DNA of 63,220 nt, the filler included, from Collodictyon triciliatum (Eukaryota): the NCBI GenBank assembly GCA_043381765.1. It is 11 parts of 11 records of this genome, joined end to end, with 100 filler letters (N's around TTAATTAATTAA, not from the genome) between each part and the next. Parts side by side here need not be neighbours in the genome. Positions count along the whole stretch, not along the records: positions 51,536 to 57,871 come from JBHJMP010004536.1; positions 57,972 to 60,653 come from JBHJMP010004575.1; positions 60,754 to 63,220 come from JBHJMP010004606.1; 8 more parts are not named here. One strand, 5' to 3'. The translations under genes were made by a program, and so were the position numbers. Positions 55,186 to 63,220 of this stretch are shown here, one piece after another (the stretch's first letter is position 1; each line of letters starts with the position of its first letter). The notes beneath the pieces are model-generated. The model made no database searches and had not been told where the DNA came from. It was given only the letters and a program-made list of their open reading frames with translations.

Positions 55186-57179
55186 TCAGAGCACGTTTGT
55201 CTCTACCCTTGAACCAAAGAAGCTGCGTCTGCCTTCTGATGCTGAGACCGAGGATGTCTCTGTGGACGAGCGATTAGACGTGTTGCTATCTGAGCGGGTA
55301 ATCCGGGCAGGGTCGCTTGGGCCGGCTCCTCCTTGATACTTTTGTGCGATTTTGGCCACTGTTTGTTGACGCTTCGGTAGGAATAAGTAAAAAATGTAAA
55401 TTACTTTGACCTACTGGTATAATCATTATAGTTTTTTTTTTTCGTGAAATTCAAAAAGAAACTTTATAAAAGCAAAAAGGTATAGTAGTTGATTTGAAGT
55501 AAATATAAAAGAATGAGAATCCTGAATACAACATACAGATAAATAGGTACATTGATGTGTTGTCATTGAGAGTTTGTTCTTTATAGAGAATTGAATGCAT
55601 GTACATATGTACCTTTTCATCCCGCTCTCGACGTCGCTGGTCGACACGCAATCTGGCTTCCTCTTCGATGGCCAGCTTCTCGCGCTGTCGCTTTTCATCC
55701 TCCACTTGTTTGATTCTTTTCTGGGCCTCTGTGGACTTTTTGATGGCCGTTGAAACCCATAGACATTCTTCCATGGCTGTAATGAATCGATCACGCTGGA
55801 CTTCACTGTCTGCCTCCAAATCCAATGTGCGCTGTGTCCCCACAATTGAGAAGCAACATTCATCCCGAACAGCTGTGAATTTCCTTTTGTTTAACTTCAC
55901 ATATGAAATTTCCTTTTATTTTTTTGCATGTGTAGATTCATCAATATCTCTAGTTTGTAGCTGAACAAATTTAAAAAAAAGAAAGAGAGGAATATATATA
56001 TATATATTCAGAAGTGGATAAAGATGAGCCATGAGGGCTTACATTTTCCTGTCTTTCTCATGATTGCGGTGCTCTTGCCTCGTACTATCTTTGAATCCGC
56101 AAGGTCCATGTCGCGGGGTTCTTCCTCGGCTGTCGGGTCGCTCCATATGATTTTGCTGTATTGCTCATTGACCCGCACAGATCTACGGTGAGGGAAACCC
56201 TTTGTGCCGTGCTTTTTGAATATAACACCTGGATTGCGGTAACACGAGGAGGTGTTATTAATATGTCATTTCTTTGCCTTTGTTTGTTTTGAAAAAAAAA
56301 TAATTCATTATACCAACATGGGGTAAAATAAACCTGCAAAATGTTGAATACTATATATATATAGAAGTATACACGTTTTCTGTCGTTTATTATACAGCTT
56401 TTAATAAAAGCGTCCATGAGTCAAACCAGTTTTGAGATATGAGGCATAATCCTCTTCAAATTGTCGGATGCGCATATCGTCCTTGAATGTTTTTTGTTGG
56501 TTTTCCTCACACGAGATACACATTCGCGGGCTATCCCACGGAAGAGAATCCTGCTTTCTTGAGATGCAGTCTCCACAATAAACCCGATTGCTGTGGAAAA
56601 TTACAATATTATAATCCTTGATATGACGTGATTGAGACAGACAAACAAACAAACAAACAAACAAACAAACAAACAAACAAACAAACAAACAAACAAACAA
56701 ACAAACAAACAAACAAACAAACAAACAAACAAACAAACAAACAAACAAACAAACAAACAAACAAACAAACAAACAAACAAACAAACAAACAAACAAACAA
56801 ACAAACAAACAAAACATAACAAGAAATAGAAAATAATAAAGTATATATGAGAAATAAGCAAATAAAGGGGTGATAGATAATAAAAAAACAGATGAGAAAT
56901 TCAAAAATAAATAGCTAGAAGATCATGAAAACATAAAAGTTTTTATATGGTAGTGACTCTTTTGAGTAATGGAACTAACCAGCAGGAGCATTCATGACGA
57001 CGCACGGTGATTGAAAAGCCCTTTTTGCAACCAATACAATATTCACTCATTTCCACAGAAGGCGGGGGCGCTTTCTTCGAGCCGGCCGATCCTTGTGTGC
57101 CCAGAGAAGCTGCTCGCTGTGTGGGTGCTTCGCTCTCGTCATCATCGCCGCCAAAGCAGATACTGAAGATATCACACAT
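55186..57179 (-). CDS. FYVE-type zinc finger + PH domain + coiled-coil protein
   Basis: FYVE-like CIGCKKGFSITVRRHEC..CNRVYCGDC...PRMCISC; PLC-type PH GVIFKKHGTKGFPHRR..IIW...CCFSIVGTQRTLDLEADSEVQRDRF; TGA at 55186-55188. Confidence 0.88.
56641..56812. repeat. (ACAA)n microsatellite in an intron splitting the FYVE domain
   Basis: Seen directly. Confidence 0.9.
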
Positions 57180-57840
57180 TCTACCTGCCAAGCGAACATT
57201 ACAGACAGTCAGTGGGTTTCAGCGATAAGGATTAAAGTTGCTTCGGACGTGCAACCAAAACCAAAGCCAACAAAAAAGAAAAAATTAGGGTAGAACAAGA
57301 TGAAGGATGTGTATCCACGGATCACAACTTTCTCTTCATCGCTCCTATCTTGTATTTATTTTATTTTATTTTCGTCGCACAGTTCTGGCTCTACAGACTT
57401 TGATATCTTTCTAGTGTCTGCTACACATGTACGTTCGTTGTCGTGAATGGCACTCCGATATCATTCTCGTCGTGTTCTGATTTGTGCCAAGGCGATCTAA
57501 GGTGAAACCATACACGCGCTCAAACTCCACATTTGTATCTCACAAAACGCAAACCCAGGCGAAGGGAAAGAAACCCCTAAAATCTTCAAAGCACAAAGCA
57601 CAAAGCACAAAGCACAAAGCGTAACATGTCAAACACCATAAAATCAACGCCTCAACTCATCAAAGTATAAACCCACAAAGAAAACTCGCATCCCATGGAA
57701 TCCACTCTTGCTCAGCTCCAAGCATTTGTATTCGCACTTTCAGGACGCAACCACTGCGAGGCGGAGCAGGTAACTCCTGACAGCATATACCAACTCAGCT
57801 CCAACCTTCCAAGCAAGAAAAGCACTTCCACACACACACA

Positions 57841-57871
<31 letters not shown>

Positions 57872-58244
57872 NNNNNNNNNNNNNNNNNNNNNNNNNNNNN
57901 NNNNNNNNNNNNNNNTTAATTAATTAANNNNNNNNNNNNNNNNNNNNNNNNNNNNNNNNNNNNNNNNNNNNTGCGTTGTTTTGTGTTGCGTTGTTTCTGT
58001 TTCTGTTTCTGTTTCTGTTTCTGTTTCTGTTTCTGTTTCTGTTTCTGTTTCTGTTTCTGTTTCTGTTTCTGTTTATGTTTATGTTTATGTTTATGTTTAT
58101 GTTTATGTTTATGTTTATGTTTATGTTTATGTTTATGTTTATGTTTATGTTTATGTTTTGTTTTGTTTTGTTTTTTAGTAAAAATTAAAGAAAGCAATAG
58201 ATGAAGTGTAAAAGGCTACAAAAAAAGTTTCAAAAAAAAGTAGG

Positions 58245-60470
58245 CTACTTCCTCTCCGCCTTAATTGCTTCATCTAGGTCCTTTAGTAACATGCGATCGC
58301 GTATTATCTGCCTCTCTAACATATCCTAGAATAATATCAAATAATTGAACGACTATAAAAGAAAAAGATGACTGGATAATCATTATTTTATTTAAATAGA
58401 ATATTAATTTTGAAGAGCGATTATGGAACAAGTAAAAGAAACCGAATAAGTTTGGCTACGTTTTTGCTTCGGATTTTCTCCTTGTCCATGAATTTTCGTG
58501 TTCTTTTTGAAATCAACTCTTCATCAAGACCAGTAATAACCCTGTACAATGATTTTAATTTTAAATCACAAAAATATTTTGGGTGTTTTTGGTTTTTTAT
58601 GTGAACACTCCTTGACAATCACAAACATAAAAACACATCAAAAATATATAAATATATAAAAAAATTGAAGAGTAAGGATTAGAAACTATATTTTCTCGTA
58701 TTAATAAGTGTTTAATTTCCTCGATGCGTTTCTGGTTGAAGATTTTTTTTCCTTTATTCGATCATTTCTGGTTGAAGATATCGCTTTCATTTTATTTTTA
58801 TTGGGTTAAAAATCCACATTTTGTTAACACGCGCATACCTATTTCGTAGGTCATGTAATTGCCGAATCGACGATTCGCTGAGTACATATATTTTTTTCTT
58901 CTCAACTAGTCTATATGTATTTGAACATAAGTCCACATCTTTACACAGATTCCCTGATTTACTTAAAAGGGTACTTGGTTCTTATATTTTTTTTCTGCGA
59001 GCTTACACATTTGTATTCGGAATAGTCTTCAAGATGTATTCAGTTGCCTGAGAACTGAGGCCGTTTACAGGATTCCTCTCGACTATGATAAGTTTTTTTT
59101 TATTACTTTATTGATTATTTACATTATTTTTTTTTAGAGAGGACATGTGGATGGTATAAAAGTTAAATATAAAAGAAAAGGTTATGTTTGTAGTTAAGGG
59201 TCCTCCCAGAGTGGATATATGTTGATATAATTCATATTCACGTAATAAAGAAAAAGAAGGATAATTTGCTTCAATACTTGTAATTAAGTAGAGTAAAGCT
59301 CGAAGAGCGCTATTTTTTTGCCTTGTTTAGTAGATGAAAAAGATTATATACTGAAATAAAATATTGTTACAACCTCTCAGCCCTTCCTCTTCTGGGGAAC
59401 AATCCTCTCTTAACCAGGCTGATACATGAGACCTGGAAAGCTGTGAATAAATCGATCAGTATGAATCGATGATTACAAGACATCCATCACATTTTAGACT
59501 AAAACACTTGCATGAATACGCACCGTTTTTTCCGCAAAGGATTCAGCCAAAGTTTGGCCCATGGAATGTGCATTTTCGGGCCCTTTTTTCGAGGCTGCTT
59601 TCATGCCTTTATGTTGAACTAAAACCATATTTGAGCATGGTTGAGAGTGTAAAGGAAGAAATATTAACGCATAGCAGAGACTTTTCAGTACGCTTAACTC
59701 TTCCTAGCTTTATTCCCTTTTTAAAAAATATATATTATGCAACTCTCAGTTACGGCTAGACGGATGAATTCATGGCATAACCCGCTCTCTATAACGTCCA
59801 TTTCTTCTAAACTCCGAGGTTCGGGTATATGCGCCAACAAAAATAAAGATAATAATAATAAAGAAACGAATAAGAAACCTGAAAAGAACCAAGAGCAACG
59901 AAAAATCATCGGCAGATTAACAAAAACATGCAAGAGCAAAGAGAAGCAGCTGATATTCAACACCCGTAAATACCCTGTGCTTTGGAGGGGAATTGGGGGC
60001 AGCGCTTTGATCAGAGATGGATCAGGGAAATCAGCAAATATTATCTTGATCAACAAGGGTATTGCGTCTGTGCAGTCCCATTAATTGGGGTGTTTCGTTT
60101 GATTTATTCGGGACGAGGAATAGCCTTTTGGGTTGGGCGTTATAGTGTAGAGACGGTTTTCATATCAGTCACACACTTTGGTTGAATATAGAAAAGAAAG
60201 AAGAAGGAAAAAAGACAGATGTGTGTTATTACTCACCCCGTGCCATTGGCAATAGCCGAAGATGCTCTTTAACTTAGAGGAATATGGGTTTCTTCCGGTG
60301 ATTCTTCTCGCTGGATTTTTTTTCGTGCTTAAGATTCTTCTGTTCCGAAAACATGAGGCCGTATTCCAGGAAACTCATGAGAACGCAAGAGCAGCTTTTG
60401 GATCAACAGAGGAAGGTTTTTTGTTATCCTTTGACCCTTTGTTGATTTCTTTCTTTTTTTTTTCCAACCG
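58245..60470 (-). CDS. Hypothetical coiled-coil protein, 3' part
   Basis: Exons SLEEMDVIESGLCHEFIRLA, KRIEEIKHLLIRENI, VITGLDEELISKRTRKFMDKEKIRSKN and DMLERQIIRDRMLLKDLDEAIKAERK* (TAG 58245-58247). Confidence 0.55.
58729..58779 (-). mobile_element. 21-nt poly(A)-tailed micro-insertion with a 15-bp target-site duplication
   Basis: TTTCTGGTTGAAGAT at 58729-58743 and 58765-58779; the insert reads TGATCGAATAAAGGAAAAAAA on the minus strand. Confidence 0.75.
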
Positions 60471-61063
60471 GCTACAATCACCTATTATCTATTACTTTCT
60501 CTGTCATGGCTATTGGTATTTTATCATGTAAGCAAGGTACTTTTATTTTATTCTATTTATTCTATTTATTCTATTTATTCTATTTATTCTATTTATTCTA
60601 TTTATTCTATTTATTCTATTTATTCTATTTATTCTATTTATTCTATTTATTCTNNNNNNNNNNNNNNNNNNNNNNNNNNNNNNNNNNNNNNNNNNNNTTA
60701 ATTAATTAANNNNNNNNNNNNNNNNNNNNNNNNNNNNNNNNNNNNNNNNNNNNTTTTGTGAATAATTATTTTTATTGGATGGGGTTTGGTTGGGGGTTTT
60801 TTTTTTTTTTTTTTTTTTTTTGTTTTAATTATCATTCATCCAATAATTAATTCAAAACCTAACTTCGATTCATACATTATGATATGGTCGTGTAATTTTA
60901 AAAGTAGAAATGTATAAGATTGTATCTTAAATACTGTAATTTATATCAAGCGATGTCAAAGTCATCTTTATTGTCATATTCATGGGTATATGCATAATTG
61001 ATCAATTTCTTCACTTGTAAATTTCTTTCAAAAAGTATAAAAAAAAAAATACATAAATAAAAG

Positions 61064-61329
61064 ATACTGTTAACCTGGCCGCTCATCTCATGTGTCAAAA
61101 TTTGGGTATTCTCTGCGATGAATCGACATATTCTTCTTTGGTGGGAATGATAGAATTTCAAACAATTCAAAATGTTAAAATAAAAGGTTTTATTTAATTA
61201 TGTGTAATTTTTTACATAATATCTAGATTGTTTTCCTACAGGCTGCTGAGTCTCTTTTTCTCTTCCAATTTCTCTTCCAATTTCTCTTCCAATTTCTCTT
61301 CCAATTTCTCTTCCAATTTCTCTTCCCGT

Positions 61330-61385
<56 letters not shown>

Positions 61386-63048
61386 TTTTTTGTTGTTGTT
61401 GTTGTTCTTTTGTTTCTTTAATGCAAAGTGCTTATTGGTATATATTAATTTCTAGGTAAAACGGATGGGATAACAGTATACCAACCTATCACTGCCAATA
61501 CAAAATTATCTTCACAAACGTCCGCTGTAGGGAGAAAACTTAGTACATTCTCACCTGGTTCAGGTTATCAAATGACTTTAAATAAACTTATCGGTCGGGA
61601 CTCTGAGATTGAAAGGGTAAACATGCTGGTCCAATCCACAAAAAAATCCACCGAATCAAAAGATGTTGTTCGAATTATCTTAGTTGAAGGAGATATCGGC
61701 ATGGGGAAAACAGCTCTTGTTGAGCAAGCACATATTTTAGCAACAAAAGAGGGATTCACTACAGGTTATGGATGTCCATCAATTGCAACAGAGAGTACTT
61801 GTTTTAATGTATGGAGAGAATTTTTTATGTCCGCATATCCCTCTATAGCAAACGGAAGTGAGGAAGATAGACTAGTGGTATTTACCTTATTTAAATAATT
61901 ATAGAATTAGTCGGGCCTTTTTCAATCATTTTGAAAATATGGAGATAATTATAACAAAATTATTATTCCTATCTTTCATAATTATTTAGTTTTTCCGGAA
62001 AATTCTCGCCCAGTTTGACTTTGGCAGTTCTTCTTTCAGATCAAGCTTTAATGATTTTGATTCGAATATTGAAAATCCATCGAATTACCTGCCATTGCTT
62101 GGCCAAGTTTTCGAATTTCCAGCTGAAGAAACGCAAGCAACTCAAGGACTTTCACCGATTCAGCGTTTAGAATGTGTAGCAGAGATTTTGAAATATTTCT
62201 TCGGGTCAAACACGCTCTTGAAGTACTTATGTATTTTTGAACAAGTACAATGGTATGTTTTATTTATACTTTTACAAGATAAATTATCTTCCTCTCCTAT
62301 ATTTACAGAAATTGTATTATTTCGTTAACTCTCAATCGTAAGCGATGATGGTATCTCTTAATGAATAATAATTAGGTTAGACCCTTTTTCATGGACTATG
62401 ATTATTGACGTAATGAGGAACTTGAATAACATGTCTATGATTCTGACTTATCGATCGTCTTATTCAAGCCTCGTTAAAGAGAAACTGTCCAGTTTGATTG
62501 CAGCACAAAGAGTGGAGACAATTACACTCTTGCCATTAGATTCTGTCCAAATGGTTGATATGGTTAGAAGAAAGTTGGGTGTTTTGAAGATTCCTCGAAA
62601 CCTCGTTGATTTTCTCTTTCAGAGGAGTCAAGGGATACCACTGCATATAGAGGGTTCCGCCTTTCATTATCATCTAGCATTTTTATTCATTATTCATTAT
62701 TCATAGTTATATGGACCTTACCTTGTTAATAGATATGTGAATTTAACTTTTAAATAAACAAGAATAATTTTTAATCGGTAATAAATTATAATTTCTCCTA
62801 CTAGAAATCTCAAGGTTTCTAGTCCATAAAGGGATTATAAAAATTAAGAACTTCGAGTGTGAAATTGCTGTTGACGAAGACCTGAGAAGCATACCATTTC
62901 CTGAAAGCATCGAAGGATTAGTAATATACAATTTCCATAAGAATTTTATCCTATAAACGTGACTCTGATTTTTTTATAATCTTTTATAGATAATTCAGAG
63001 AATTGATGAATTAAGTACAAATTGCTCTCTTTGTCTTAAAATAGCTAG
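61064..63048 (+). CDS. Soluble adenylyl/guanylyl cyclase-like protein (end of class III cyclase domain plus STAND AAA NTPase), partial
   Basis: Cyclase C2 end DTVNLAAHLM..GILCDESTY..VKIKGKTDGITVYQP; then LIGRDSE, Walker A GDIGMGKT, Walker-B region IFEQVQWLDPFSW, RSQGIPLHIEE and PESIEGLIIQRIDEL. This is the ADCY10/SgcA architecture. Confidence 0.88.
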
Positions 63049-63220
63049 GTTAGATTCATAATGTATATTTTATGAGGTTCAAATATATAGCGATCTATTA
63101 AGTCTATCTTTCTTTCTTTCTTTCTTTCTTATTTTCTTTCTTATTTTCTTTCTTATTTTCTTTCTTATTTTCTTTCTTATTTTCTTTCTTATTTTCTTTC
63201 TTATTTTCTTTCTTATTTTC

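Overview
AT-rich, intron-dense eukaryotic (protist-like, possibly amoebozoan) DNA with standard genetic code and many microsatellites. The window is not one locus. Ten identical 100-nt spacers (44N-TTAATTAATTAA-44N) separate pieces that are nearly all 6336-6345 nt long, which suggests size-sorted scaffolds joined end to end, so most genes are partial. Recognisable content: the PRMT5 3' part; an unusual Roco protein (LRR-Roc-COR-non-RD kinase-SAM-like-LRR-LRR) whose LRRs lie on phase-0 exons of 69 or 138 nt; a GlnA4/PuuA-type glutamine-synthetase-family enzyme with a mitochondrial-type presequence exon; MROH1; an RNF4-like SIM-RING ligase; a FYVE-PH protein; a soluble-adenylyl-cyclase-like STAND protein whose catalytic Arg is replaced by His; tRNA-Cys(GCA); and several hypothetical genes. 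There is also non-LTR retrotransposon debris (L1/Tx1-like, possibly RLE-type), including micro-insertions of 21 and 50 nt with perfect target-site duplications. All gene models and protein family calls were made by eye; no searches were run.
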